Positions 9,840 to 19,382 of a DNA stretch of 64,000 nt are shown here, one piece after another (within the stretch, counting starts at the first letter, position 1; every line of letters starts with the position of its first letter). The stretch lies in contig CBDCYI010000011.1 of NCBI GenBank assembly GCA_965224085.1, positions 1,088,001 to 1,152,000 on the forward strand, written 5' to 3'. The notes beneath the pieces are model-generated. The model was not told the DNA's origin, did no database searches, and saw only the letters and a list, made by a program, of their open reading frames with translations. A program made the translations under genes and the position numbers. Origin of the DNA: Candidatus Marinacidobacterales bacterium. GTDB taxonomy: Bacteria; Acidobacteriota; Vicinamibacteria; Marinacidobacterales; SMYC01.

Positions 9840-11876
9840 ATGATGCGGTTTTCTCGGCTGGTCCTTATTACTCTGTTGCTGCCCGTGCCAGCCTCGCTCT
9901 TGTCCTGCTCCGGGATAGAGGAGCCCGAATCCGGGATCGATCTCTCGGGCTTCGACGAGACCGTGCGGCCGCAAGACGATTTCAACCTCTACGTGAACGG
10001 AGCTTGGCTCGAGAACACGTCGATCCCCGCCGACAAGACGGCGTGGGGGAGCTTTGCGATCTTGAACGAGGAAGCCGAGAAGAATCAGCGCGCGATCATC
10101 GAGGAGCTTTCGGGGCGTGACGACCTCGAAGAGGGAACCGACGAGCAGTGCGTCGGAGAGTTTTTCGCGAGCTTCATGGATACTGCGAAGCTCGACGCAC
10201 TCGGGGTCGCGCCGATTCAAAGCGATCTCGACGCAATCTTTGCCGCGGGCACCGTCGAGGAGCTCGTTCAGTTGAACGCCTCCCAGAGCATGGAGGGTGT
10301 GGGCTCGCCTCTCGCCGTCACTGTTTTTCCAGCGCTCGGAGACTCCACGCGCTACATGGTTTACCTCTTCCAGTCGGGGCTCACGCTTCCGGATCGGGAC
10401 TACTACGTGAAGGACGGGAAAAAATTCGAGGCGGTGCGCGCGGAGCTTCCCGGCTATGGCGCCAAGCTGTTCGAGCTCGCCGGCATCGACGATGCCGAAA
10501 AGCGCGGCCGTGTCGTGCTCGACCTTGAAACCCGTATCGCCGAGCCTCAATGGCCGGCAGAGGAAACACGGGACGTCCGGAAGCTCTACAACGTATTCGA
10601 TATTGCTGATTTGAGCTCCGCGACCGAGAAGATCGAATGGCCCGCATATCTCGCGAGCTCGGCACTCACGGATCTCGAAGATATCGTCATTGCTCAGCCG
10701 TCTTATGTCGCGGCGCTGGGTGGGCTGTTCGAGGAGGCTTTACTCGAGGATTGGCGGGCCTATTTCGCTTTTCGCGTGCTTGATGCGGCGGCGCCCTATC
10801 TATCCGACGATTTCGTGCAAGCGCGTTTCGCCTTTCGCGGCAAGCTCATCGCGGGACTAGAGGAGATTCCGCCCCGATGGCAGCGCGGTGTGCGCAACGT
10901 TAATCAGCTCATCGGTGAAGCCGTCGGCAAGGTCTATGTCGCGCGCCATTTCCCGCCCGAGTCGAAAGCGAGGATGGAACAGCTCGTCAACAACTTGATC
11001 GAAGCGTTTGGCGAAGGCATCGACGAGCTCGATTGGATGACCGACGAGACCAAAGCGCGCGCCCAAGAGAAGCGCGGAAAGTTCACCTACAAAATCGGCT
11101 ATCCCGACCGGTGGCGGGACTATTCACTCCTTTCCATCGATAGCGACGATCTCATCGGCAACATCAAACGCGCCAACAGCTTCGAGTATCAGCGGAACAT
11201 CAACAAACTCGGCGGCCCCATCGACCGCACCGAGTGGGGGATGACGCCTCAAACCGTCAACGCCTATCACAACCCGACGATGAACGAGATCGTCTTTCCA
11301 GCCGCTATCCTGCAGCCACCTTTCTTCAATCCCGCGGCCGACGAAGCCGTAAATTATGGCGCGATTGGCGCGGTCATCGGCCATGAGATGGGCCATGCTT
11401 TCGACGACCAAGGCCGGAAGTTCGATGGTGACGGGAACTTGAACGATTGGTGGACGGAAGAAGACAGCGCCGCTTATGAGGAGCGTTCCGCGAAGCTAGT
11501 AGAGCAGTACGATGCTTTCGAAGCACTTCCGGATCTCCACGTCAACGGCCAGCTTACGCTCGGCGAGAACATCTGCGATCTCACAGGGGTCACGATCGGC
11601 TACCGCTCCTATGTGAAGTTCCTCGGAGGCGTCGAACCGCCCGTCATCGACGGCCGCACGGGGGCGGAGCGCTTCTTTCTCGGCTACGCTCAGGTCTGGC
11701 GGGCGAAATATCGTGAGGAGATTCTGCGGCAGCGTCTTGTGGCCGACCCGCATTCCCCGCCGGACTTTCGTGTCATCGGTCCGTTGAGGAACTCCCCCGA
11801 TTTCTACGAGACCTTCGGCGTAAAAGAGGGCGATGCCATGTGGCTCGAGCCCGAACAACGCGTGAAGATCTGGTAA
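9840..11876 (+). CDS. M13 family metalloendopeptidase (PepO/neprilysin-like lipoprotein)
   Basis: VNAY, HEMGH, GENICD and DPHSP motifs; lipobox LLSC. Confidence 0.93.
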   Translation: MMRFSRLVLITLLLPVPASLLSCSGIEEPESGIDLSGFDETVRPQDDFNLYVNGAWLENTSIPADKTAWGSFAILNEEAEKNQRAIIEELSGRDDLEEGTDEQCVGEFFASFMDTAKLDALGVAPIQSDLDAIFAAGTVEELVQLNASQSMEGVGSPLAVTVFPALGDSTRYMVYLFQSGLTLPDRDYYVKDGKKFEAVRAELPGYGAKLFELAGIDDAEKRGRVVLDLETRIAEPQWPAEETRDVRKLYNVFDIADLSSATEKIEWPAYLASSALTDLEDIVIAQPSYVAALGGLFEEALLEDWRAYFAFRVLDAAAPYLSDDFVQARFAFRGKLIAGLEEIPPRWQRGVRNVNQLIGEAVGKVYVARHFPPESKARMEQLVNNLIEAFGEGIDELDWMTDETKARAQEKRGKFTYKIGYPDRWRDYSLLSIDSDDLIGNIKRANSFEYQRNINKLGGPIDRTEWGMTPQTVNAYHNPTMNEIVFPAAILQPPFFNPAADEAVNYGAIGAVIGHEMGHAFDDQGRKFDGDGNLNDWWTEEDSAAYEERSAKLVEQYDAFEALPDLHVNGQLTLGENICDLTGVTIGYRSYVKFLGGVEPPVIDGRTGAERFFLGYAQVWRAKYREEILRQRLVADPHSPPDFRVIGPLRNSPDFYETFGVKEGDAMWLEPEQRVKIW

Positions 11877-11900
11877 TCAAGACTCGACGGTCGTGCTGCA

Positions 11901-12986
11901 ATGCGCATTCTCCACCTAAGCGATCGCCTGACCGATCGGGGCGGTGCGTACTGGCACTTGTTCGGGGTGATCGCGCACCAGGTAGGCGAGCACTACGTGC
12001 GGCTCGCGGTAGGGCTCGATGATGGCCGTGTCGCTGCGCCGTGCGAAACGCTGCAGGTAGAGGGACTCGACGCGCGGGATCGAGCCTCTGTTGCCTTGTC
12101 GGATGTCGTGCGCACGTTCGCGCCCGACGTCATTCACGTCCACACCGTGATGAACCCAGAAGCTCTCGAACAGGTTGGTGCCTTGCGCTCCGTACGGAAG
12201 GTGCTCACCGTTCAGGACCATCGCTACTTTTGCCCGGGGAAAGGGAAGTGGACCGAGGGCGGCGAAGTCTGCGCGGAGCCGATGACGGAGATGCTCTGCC
12301 AGAAATGCTTTCACGATGATCGCTACTTCCACGAGATCCTTGCCTTGACAGCCACTCGGCTCGGCGCACTCAGTGCCTTCGAGCTCGTCGTGCTCTCGCG
12401 CTACATGAAGCGCGAGCTCGAAGCGGTCGGCTTGTCATCGATTACGGCGATCCACGTCATCCCTCCTTTCGTGCACGGTCTCGATAGCGATACCGTGAGC
12501 GATGACGGCCCGGCTTGCATCCTCTTCGTCGGACGGCTCGTCGGGTCGAAAGGTGCTCTTGATGCCATCGAAGCGTGGAAGCGCGCGCGGCTCGATCTGC
12601 CGCTCGTGATGGCCGGGACAGGACGTCTGCGCGGCGTGATGGATGGTTGCGACGTGCTCGGCTGGGTGCCGCACGATCGTCTTGGCGCGCTCTACCGCCG
12701 CGCCGCCGCCGTTGTCATGCCGTCCCGGTGGCAAGAGCCTTTCGGAATCCTCGGGCTCGAAGCCATGACGATGGGAACTCCCGTCGCCACGTGGGACAGT
12801 GGCGGCGTGCGCGACTGGCATCCCGATCCCGTAGCCTGGGGGGATTTGGACGCGCTAGCGGCTACGCTCCGCGAGGTTGCGGGGCGAAACACGGAAGCAC
12901 CCGCGGGGTTCGAGCCCGAGCGACTGATGTCGCGCTTGCTCGATGTCTATCAAGGAGCGGGAACACACGGGGGCGTGGATTCGTAG
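11901..12986 (+). CDS. Glycosyltransferase family 4
   Basis: FVGRL..KG and PSRWQEPFGILGLEAM motifs. Confidence 0.88.
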   Translation: MRILHLSDRLTDRGGAYWHLFGVIAHQVGEHYVRLAVGLDDGRVAAPCETLQVEGLDARDRASVALSDVVRTFAPDVIHVHTVMNPEALEQVGALRSVRKVLTVQDHRYFCPGKGKWTEGGEVCAEPMTEMLCQKCFHDDRYFHEILALTATRLGALSAFELVVLSRYMKRELEAVGLSSITAIHVIPPFVHGLDSDTVSDDGPACILFVGRLVGSKGALDAIEAWKRARLDLPLVMAGTGRLRGVMDGCDVLGWVPHDRLGALYRRAAAVVMPSRWQEPFGILGLEAMTMGTPVATWDSGGVRDWHPDPVAWGDLDALAATLREVAGRNTEAPAGFEPERLMSRLLDVYQGAGTHGGVDS

Positions 12987-12995
12987 ATAGGTACA

Positions 12996-13522
12996 TGGAA
13001 TCGGTGTTGGTCGACGTCAAGCTCGCCGTCCGGAGCTTTCTCAAAAGCCTGGCTTTCTCGCCATTACGATCCTGACCTTCGCGCTCGGCAACGGGGCGAA
13101 CACGGCAATCTTCAGCGTCGTGCACGGCGTGATCCTGGCGCCGCTCGGCTATGAAGACGAGGCGCGCCTCGTAGCGGTCTCGTCCGTGAACCCGTCCGAA
13201 GGCCTCGAGTTCCGCGGCAACTTCCTTCCCGATTTCTGGTATTGGCGCGAGAACAGCCGCGCTTTTGACGAAATGGCCTTCCACGGCTGGCGCGCATGGA
13301 CGCTTCAAGAGCCCGGTCACGTGGAGCGCGTCGAATCGGTGGCGGTGTCGGCAAACTTGTTCGGCATGCTCGGCATCGAGCCCGCGCTCGGCCGCGGCTT
13401 CGAGCCGGAAGACGAGATCCCAGGGCCTGGCCGCGTTGTGCTGCTGAGCTTCAGCCTATGGCAGCGCGTCTTCGGAGGCGACGCCTCGGTGCTCGGTCGT
13501 TCCGTGAACCTCGATGACGGGC
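12996..13522 (+). pseudogene. ADOP-type (MacB-like) ABC permease, N-terminal remnant
   Basis: MESVLVDVKLAVRSFLK, frameshift, then ILTFALGNGANTAIFSVVHGV...LWQRVFGGD..VLGRSVNLDD; truncated. Confidence 0.82.
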
Positions 13523-13688
13523 CGTGTCTTTCCTTCTTCAAAAGCTGCGTCATGTGCTCTTTTGTTCGACGCCGACAACGATTTGGACTTCGATTTGGCG
13601 CTCATTGACGAGATCGCGGACGAAGTTCTCATCATGATTCATCGCGGTGCCGCTAGTGAAACCGCGCATCGCCCCGTACAATAACTAG

Positions 13689-14561
13689 ATGTTTTCCTTT
13701 CTTCTCGCTGCTCTTCTTGCAGCGGTTGCCGATGACGGTGGGGCTCGGGTGCGCACACTGGATTTGCACGACGAGCTACCTTCGCGCGGCCGGCTGGGGG
13801 GCGTGACCGTCGATGCACGCGGCTTCATCTATGTGTCGGACTTCGGAAGCACCGTATGGCGCATTTTGCCGGATGGTGCCGTCGAGGTTCTCGACAACTC
13901 GCTACGAGGCTCTTCCGGCAATGCGGTCGACGGTGCCGGGAATCTCTACCAAGCGAGCTTTCGGGACAACCGGATCGTTCGGATCGGCCCGGACGGCAAG
14001 CTCGAGAACTACGTGTCCAGCGGGCTCGACGGGCCCGTCGGGATTACGACCGATGGCGCCGGCAACCTCTATGTCTGCAACTGCAGCGGGAACTACATCG
14101 CCAAAGTGACGACTGATCGGCGGGTCGAGCGCTTCGCTGAGAATCCCGATTTCGATTGTCCGAACGGGATTACTTTCGACCCGAGTGGCTATTTCGTCGT
14201 CGCGAGCTTCAACACCGGCTATCTCGTGCGCGTCTCTCCGGATGGGGAAGCGGAGACCTGGCTCGAAGTGCCCGAAGGGCGTAACGCGCACGTGGCGGCG
14301 ACGGAGCACGGCCTTTTCGTGACGAAGATAGAGTCGAACCGGATTTATCTCATCGACCGCGCTGGCGGGATCGCGCCGTTTGCGGGAACGGGTGAGCTCG
14401 GTCTCGAAGGTGGTCCGGCGCTTGAGGCGACGTTGTCGAGGCCCAACGGCATCGCGGTTTCTCACGATGGACGATCGCTCTATGTCAACAATCTCGATGG
14501 GCTGTGGCGTGGCGGCGAGCCTACCAGCATCATCCTCAGACGCATCGAGCTGACACGGTAA
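13689..14561 (+). CDS. SMP-30/gluconolactonase or NHL-repeat beta-propeller protein
   Basis: Signal peptide; repeated P.G(I/L)..D..G.LY(V) blades. Confidence 0.75.
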   Translation: MFSFLLAALLAAVADDGGARVRTLDLHDELPSRGRLGGVTVDARGFIYVSDFGSTVWRILPDGAVEVLDNSLRGSSGNAVDGAGNLYQASFRDNRIVRIGPDGKLENYVSSGLDGPVGITTDGAGNLYVCNCSGNYIAKVTTDRRVERFAENPDFDCPNGITFDPSGYFVVASFNTGYLVRVSPDGEAETWLEVPEGRNAHVAATEHGLFVTKIESNRIYLIDRAGGIAPFAGTGELGLEGGPALEATLSRPNGIAVSHDGRSLYVNNLDGLWRGGEPTSIILRRIELTR

Positions 14562-14577
14562 CGTTCGAGCGTCCGCG

Positions 14578-15687
14578 TTGTTTACTCGGGCAGGCTCGAG
14601 GCGCTATGCTCGTGGTGTGACGGCCAACCACTGGCACGTGAGTCGCGCTGTCGACATCATTGCCTATGCGTTCAGTTGGCTGCTCATCCTCGTTCCACTC
14701 GAGCTTCTGACCCATCGCGACGAGCAGGTGGTAATGCTTCTGCTCGTCGTCGGGCTGACCTTCGCTCACCGTCACTTTACGCTTCCTTACGTCTATCTCG
14801 ACCGCGAGATTTTCGATGCGCATCCGCGGCGCTTCACCTGGTTCCCCCTCGTTATGTTTGCCGGATTCCTCGTGAGCCCCGCGCTGTGGGAAAGCTCCGC
14901 CCGCTGGCTCGTTGCGGGCGTCGTCATGATCGCAGGTGCGTGGAACGTCTGGCACGTTTACATGCAGAAGTTCGGTGTCCTTCGCATGTACGCTGCAAAG
15001 AGCGGCAGTTCCATCGAAAGCCCGCGATGGGTGGACCGTCTGCTTCTATTTTGCTGGGTTCCGCTCTATCTCGTTTGGCTCGGGCCCAGCTATCGCGACC
15101 AAGTAGCGTCGAGCTTTCCAACCGTTGAGCGCTACGCGCTGCCGCTCGTCGACGCGATGACCCAGCTGCAACCCTTCTTGCTCGTGCCGGCTATTGCTGC
15201 GGTCATCGTCTGCCTCGGCGTCTTCTTGTACTTCGAGTGGAAGTCGCAGCGTCTCGCGAACGCCCCACGCCTATGGATGGCGTTCGGGACATCGCTCCTG
15301 TCGGCGTCATTTCTCTTTGTCAGTCCCGTGCGGATGTTCATGGCTTTTGCGTTCAGCCATGCCGTCGAGTACATGGTGTTCGTCTGGGCGTTTCAGAGAA
15401 ATCGATATCGCGAGCCTCTTGGACACGACCCTGCGCTCGGGCGCGCGCTCCGGCATCCGTGGCTTGCTTACGGCGTCTTCACGTTCGGCATCACGGTGCC
15501 CTATCTGTTGTTGCGCTTTTGGGGCTATTTGATCGTTCCCGAGGCGACGAACCCGACCTTTCTCGGCACGACGATCGAGCGTTGGGCATTTTACTGGAGC
15601 GTTTACCAGTCGCTCGTCCACTTCTATTACGACGGATTCTTATGGAAGATGCGCTTGCCTTCGGTGCGCCGCTACCTATCCTCGTAA
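14578..15687 (+). CDS. Conserved multi-TM membrane protein of unknown function (start uncertain)
   Basis: Hydrophobic segments with His motifs HRHFT, WHVYMQ, HAVEY and HFYYDGFLWK. Confidence 0.7.
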   Translation: MFTRAGSRRYARGVTANHWHVSRAVDIIAYAFSWLLILVPLELLTHRDEQVVMLLLVVGLTFAHRHFTLPYVYLDREIFDAHPRRFTWFPLVMFAGFLVSPALWESSARWLVAGVVMIAGAWNVWHVYMQKFGVLRMYAAKSGSSIESPRWVDRLLLFCWVPLYLVWLGPSYRDQVASSFPTVERYALPLVDAMTQLQPFLLVPAIAAVIVCLGVFLYFEWKSQRLANAPRLWMAFGTSLLSASFLFVSPVRMFMAFAFSHAVEYMVFVWAFQRNRYREPLGHDPALGRALRHPWLAYGVFTFGITVPYLLLRFWGYLIVPEATNPTFLGTTIERWAFYWSVYQSLVHFYYDGFLWKMRLPSVRRYLSS

Positions 15688-15694
15688 GGAGCGG

Positions 15695-17947
15695 TTAGCG
15701 TCCGAGGCGGAGCTTGACGCCCGCCATCACCGTTCGGGGCAAGCCGGGTCGAGCGCCGGCGGGGCGACGCGCCACGATGTAGGCGTTGTTCGTGAGGTTT
15801 TGAACGCTCGCGAACACGCGCAGGTTTTCCGCGACGTCGAGCTCGCCGGAAACGTCCACCACGAAGTAAGCGTCAGTGCCTTGGCCTTTCGGAATCGGCC
15901 CCTGACCAGAAACGGTGCGCATGCGTACGCCGTAACTCGTATGGACGCCGAAAATCCAGCTATCTTCTTCGACGGCGATGGAGGCGTAGAGCTGATGACG
16001 CGGCAGATAGGGAAGCGCGTCACCGGCTTGCACGTCCCCCCACGGCTCGTAGGTGCTCTCGAAGCTCGTCAAAAAGACGGCGTCCGTAAGCGAATACGAC
16101 AAGCGTGCGGGGAAGCGGTATCGTCCCGGAACGAGCTCAGCGAAATCATAGGCGAGCGTTGCTTCGAGCCCCGTCGAGCGGGAGGCCCCGCCGTTGAAGA
16201 GATTCCCCTCGCCCTCGCCGCCGGATGACAGAGTATCCGCTCCCAAAAGGTTGCTGTAGTCGTTGTAGAAGAAAACGAGCTCGGTTGTAAGTGTATTTCG
16301 CTGTCCGCGAAAGCCGAGCTCGTAATTCACGCTCTCTTCGGATTCGGTGAACGCGTCCGCGCCGGGACCGGGAGGGCTGAAACCTTTGTGAATGCCGCCG
16401 AACAAGTTCATCCGCGGGCTCATGCGATAAGTGAGGCCGGCACCGGGAATGACGGCCGTGATGTGGTTGTCTCGGACGCGCACTGGATCGATCCGGATCG
16501 GATCGGTTTTGCCGTAGTCGGTGCGGGTCAACGCGATGGATTCGTAGCGGATCCCGGGGACGAACGTCCATCGATAGAACTGGATCTGGTCTTGGGCAAA
16601 AAACGCGAAAGCGCGCGCGTCGCTGACGCGGTTCGCCTGACTTCCGGGAGCACCCGAGCTCGTTAGATGCATACGGCTATCGAGCATCTGATAGCCGTCT
16701 TCGTGCTGGAAGCGGTCCTCCTCGTCTTCGTGATAGCGAAAGCCAAGCTCCAAGCGGTGGACTGAGGCTGACGCGCCGAAGCCCGCCACAGTCTGGACGC
16801 CCTGGGAGTAGTACTCGCGGTTATTGGCCCTGAGCGTCAGGTCGTCGGGGTCGCTCGAACCGCCTTTGGCGATGGCGAGCTCGCTCGCATGCGCTTCCGT
16901 GTCGTCGAAAAGTCTCGCGAGGCTGGTTCCGCGAATGCTCTGGAGCTTGTACCAGTTGCGCACGAAGTTGTTGCGATAGACCGTCGTCGTCACGTCGATC
17001 CCGTTCGGGACGGCGAGAAAGTGCTGTGCTTGAAATTGTTGGTGATCCCACCGGATGTTGTCAGGCTGCGAAGCGGCATAGCGCCTTACGGGGTTCGCGG
17101 CAAAATCTTCGTCCGTCAACCCGAGATAAGTCTCGTGGGAGCTCGAAGCACCCGCACCGATTTTGAGCTCGAGCGATTGGAAGATGCGTGCGTTCGGGGA
17201 GGTGTTGAAGCGGAGCTTAGACACGTAATCTTGCACGTAGAAGCCCGTGCGGTTGCCGCCGTCGAGCTCTTTGAAACCGTTCGTTCGAAGTTGATAGGTC
17301 TCGAACAGCCATCCGATATTGCGGTAGCTATCGCCGAGGTGGACATGGGCTTTGCCGGTGTTGTTCTGACCGAAGGCGAGGTCTGCGCTCAAGCGGAGAC
17401 GCGTAGGCACGCGCGTCGAAACGAGGTTCAACGCTCCACCGTTCGTACGTGGACCGAATTTGATTTGACTCGAGCCTTTGCGAACCTCGATGGACTCCAT
17501 GCGTCCGGTGACGGGGAAGTAATAGGCGGCCGGTGCGGTATAGGGTGCCGGCGCGATGAGCACACCGTCTTCCATGAGCGTGATTTTCGCGCTCCGTTCG
17601 GCGCCGCTTCCGCGCATGCCGATATTGGGCCTCAGCCCGTAACCTTCTTCTTCCTGGATGACGACGCCCGGGACTTGCCGGAGCATGCGATGGATGTCGT
17701 CGAGACCGTGTTTCTGGCGCTCGAGCTCCTCGCCTTCGAGGGCAAAGGCGGCGCCTGGGATTGTCTCGAGCGCTTTGTGGGTGCCGACGACCATGACCCG
17801 CTCGCGGATGCGGAGCGTCGCCTCTTCGATCGATTGCTCGAGCGTTTTTTCTTCGCGGTGTTCCTGGTTGGGATTGTCTTGCGCGGCGAGCGCGTTGGCC
17901 GCCGCCAGGGCAGTGAGCGTCGCGGCGGTCAAAAAGATGCGGAACAT
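15695..17947 (-). CDS. TonB-dependent receptor, FecA-like
   Basis: GYGLRPNIGMRG, LMEDGVLIAPAPY plug and C-terminal NLTN..Y...RPAGARPG.PRT; GAGGAGG upstream of ATG 17947. Confidence 0.9.
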   Translation of the reverse strand: MFRIFLTAATLTALAAANALAAQDNPNQEHREEKTLEQSIEEATLRIRERVMVVGTHKALETIPGAAFALEGEELERQKHGLDDIHRMLRQVPGVVIQEEEGYGLRPNIGMRGSGAERSAKITLMEDGVLIAPAPYTAPAAYYFPVTGRMESIEVRKGSSQIKFGPRTNGGALNLVSTRVPTRLRLSADLAFGQNNTGKAHVHLGDSYRNIGWLFETYQLRTNGFKELDGGNRTGFYVQDYVSKLRFNTSPNARIFQSLELKIGAGASSSHETYLGLTDEDFAANPVRRYAASQPDNIRWDHQQFQAQHFLAVPNGIDVTTTVYRNNFVRNWYKLQSIRGTSLARLFDDTEAHASELAIAKGGSSDPDDLTLRANNREYYSQGVQTVAGFGASASVHRLELGFRYHEDEEDRFQHEDGYQMLDSRMHLTSSGAPGSQANRVSDARAFAFFAQDQIQFYRWTFVPGIRYESIALTRTDYGKTDPIRIDPVRVRDNHITAVIPGAGLTYRMSPRMNLFGGIHKGFSPPGPGADAFTESEESVNYELGFRGQRNTLTTELVFFYNDYSNLLGADTLSSGGEGEGNLFNGGASRSTGLEATLAYDFAELVPGRYRFPARLSYSLTDAVFLTSFESTYEPWGDVQAGDALPYLPRHQLYASIAVEEDSWIFGVHTSYGVRMRTVSGQGPIPKGQGTDAYFVVDVSGELDVAENLRVFASVQNLTNNAYIVARRPAGARPGLPRTVMAGVKLRLGR

Positions 17948-17992
17948 GGCTAGCTGCCTCCTCACGTTTCCGTGCACTTCTTGATTGTAAAT

Positions 17993-18037
17993 GAAAATGA
18001 TACTCAATTTCAAGATTATTATGAAATGGGATTTCAT
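17993..18037. promoter_or_regulatory. Fur-box-like operator and adjacent palindrome upstream of the TonB receptor
   Basis: GAAAATGATACTCAATTTC (17993-18011) matches GATAATGATAATCATTATC at 15/19. The inverted repeat ATGAAAT-GGG-ATTTCAT lies at 18021-18037. Confidence 0.75.
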
Positions 18038-18079
18038 CTTCATCTTGAGCGGAACGACGTTCGCTGCTGGGACTACGAA

Positions 18080-18410
18080 GGTCCGAGCTGAACCTCGTCG
18101 GGCCTGCTTATGACGAACGTCCGGCGCGGGCGAGCTTCGTCGACCGATTGATCGAACGCATGGAGGCGCTTCCGGGCGTCGAGGGCGCTGGCGTCATCTA
18201 CGTGCTGCCGATGGCGAGTGCCGATGCGGATGCCGGATTCCTCATCGAAGGGCGCGCGCTGCCTCGGCCCGGGCTGACACCGGTGGCGTGGTACCGTCCC
18301 GTGAAGCTCATGACGCCATAGAGGCCAATGGCGGCAAGAGCTAGGGCCGATAGCGCAAAGACGACGAGGAGTGTAGTGACCACCCGCGGCTCGGCCACGC
18401 TCTGGGCGAA
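18080..18410. pseudogene. Two ADOP permease fragments in opposite orientation
   Basis: + strand: FVDRLIERMEALPGVEGAG...AWYRPV. - strand: AEPRVVTTLLVVFALSALALAAIGLYGVMSF. Confidence 0.75.
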
Positions 18411-18480
18411 CCTATGCCAGGAAGTTCATCCGTGCGAATGACGGCGACGCGTCCGGTATGCAGAGAATCCAGGAAGAGTA

Positions 18481-18747
18481 TTGACACGCGAGCCACTTGA
18501 ACGCTACATGGAGGAGACGATGGAATCGGGAGGACGAGTCAGCATCGATATCGCCGACGGCTCGCAGAGCGTAACCCGAACGGTGAAGAAGTTGCTCGGA
18601 GATAACACGAAGATTGCGGCAGAAGACGTTCGGCTCCTCGCGAACGGATGGGTTCGGTTGACGCACGGAGAGGATCATCTCTATATCTCGCCGCACGCCG
18701 TCGAGTCGGTCCTCGTCGAAGACGGTGAGCTCGAGCTCGGAGATTGA
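18481..18747 (+). CDS. Small hypothetical protein
   Basis: ORF with typical codon usage; start uncertain (18481, 18508 or 18520). Confidence 0.5.
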   Translation: MTREPLERYMEETMESGGRVSIDIADGSQSVTRTVKKLLGDNTKIAAEDVRLLANGWVRLTHGEDHLYISPHAVESVLVEDGELELGD

Positions 18748-18836
18748 GTCCCACGGGCATCCGGGATTCCGGCACTACGTCCTGGAAATCGTCACCAAAG
18801 TGCGATAAAAACCTCTATTCAAATCAAGGAGGTTCC

Positions 18837-19313
18837 ATGAAAGCACGGAAAATGGCGCTGGCTCTCTTAGTGCTCTTCTCGCTCGGCCTCGGACTCGCGT
18901 TGGTCCAAGCTCAGGACGATGACGCTCCGGTTCTCGCATACCGCCAAAGGCTCATGAAGGGCCACGGCGCGGGCATGGGTTCCATCGGCGATATTTTGAA
19001 ATACAAGCTGCCTTACTCCGCGGATATCAAGACCCACGCGAGCAACATCAACGCTTACGCGAAAATGATTCCCGGCGCGTTCGAGAAGAACATTTCCATG
19101 GGTAAGACGGATGCGCAGTCCGTCGTGTGGGAAGATTGGGACGACTTCACCGCCAAAGCGAAAGCTCTCGAAAACGCGGCGGCGAAGCTCGCGGCTTCGG
19201 CCGAAGGCGGCGACATGCGGGCGATGATGCCGAATGTGAAAGCGCTTGGCGAGGCGTGCCGCGGCTGTCACAACACTTACCGCAAACCTGAAGAAGAACG
19301 TTTCAAGCGTTAG
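18837..19313 (+). CDS. Cytochrome c' / class II cytochrome c
   Basis: AGGAGG RBS, signal peptide, YRQRLM, W.DW.DF and C-terminal CRGCH. Confidence 0.9.
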   Translation: MKARKMALALLVLFSLGLGLALVQAQDDDAPVLAYRQRLMKGHGAGMGSIGDILKYKLPYSADIKTHASNINAYAKMIPGAFEKNISMGKTDAQSVVWEDWDDFTAKAKALENAAAKLAASAEGGDMRAMMPNVKALGEACRGCHNTYRKPEEERFKR

Positions 19314-19382
19314 TCTCGTTTTCTCCAGAGGAGCGCCGGCGCCGGCGGCTTCATCAGCGCCAGCGCTCCAACCGAGATTCCT

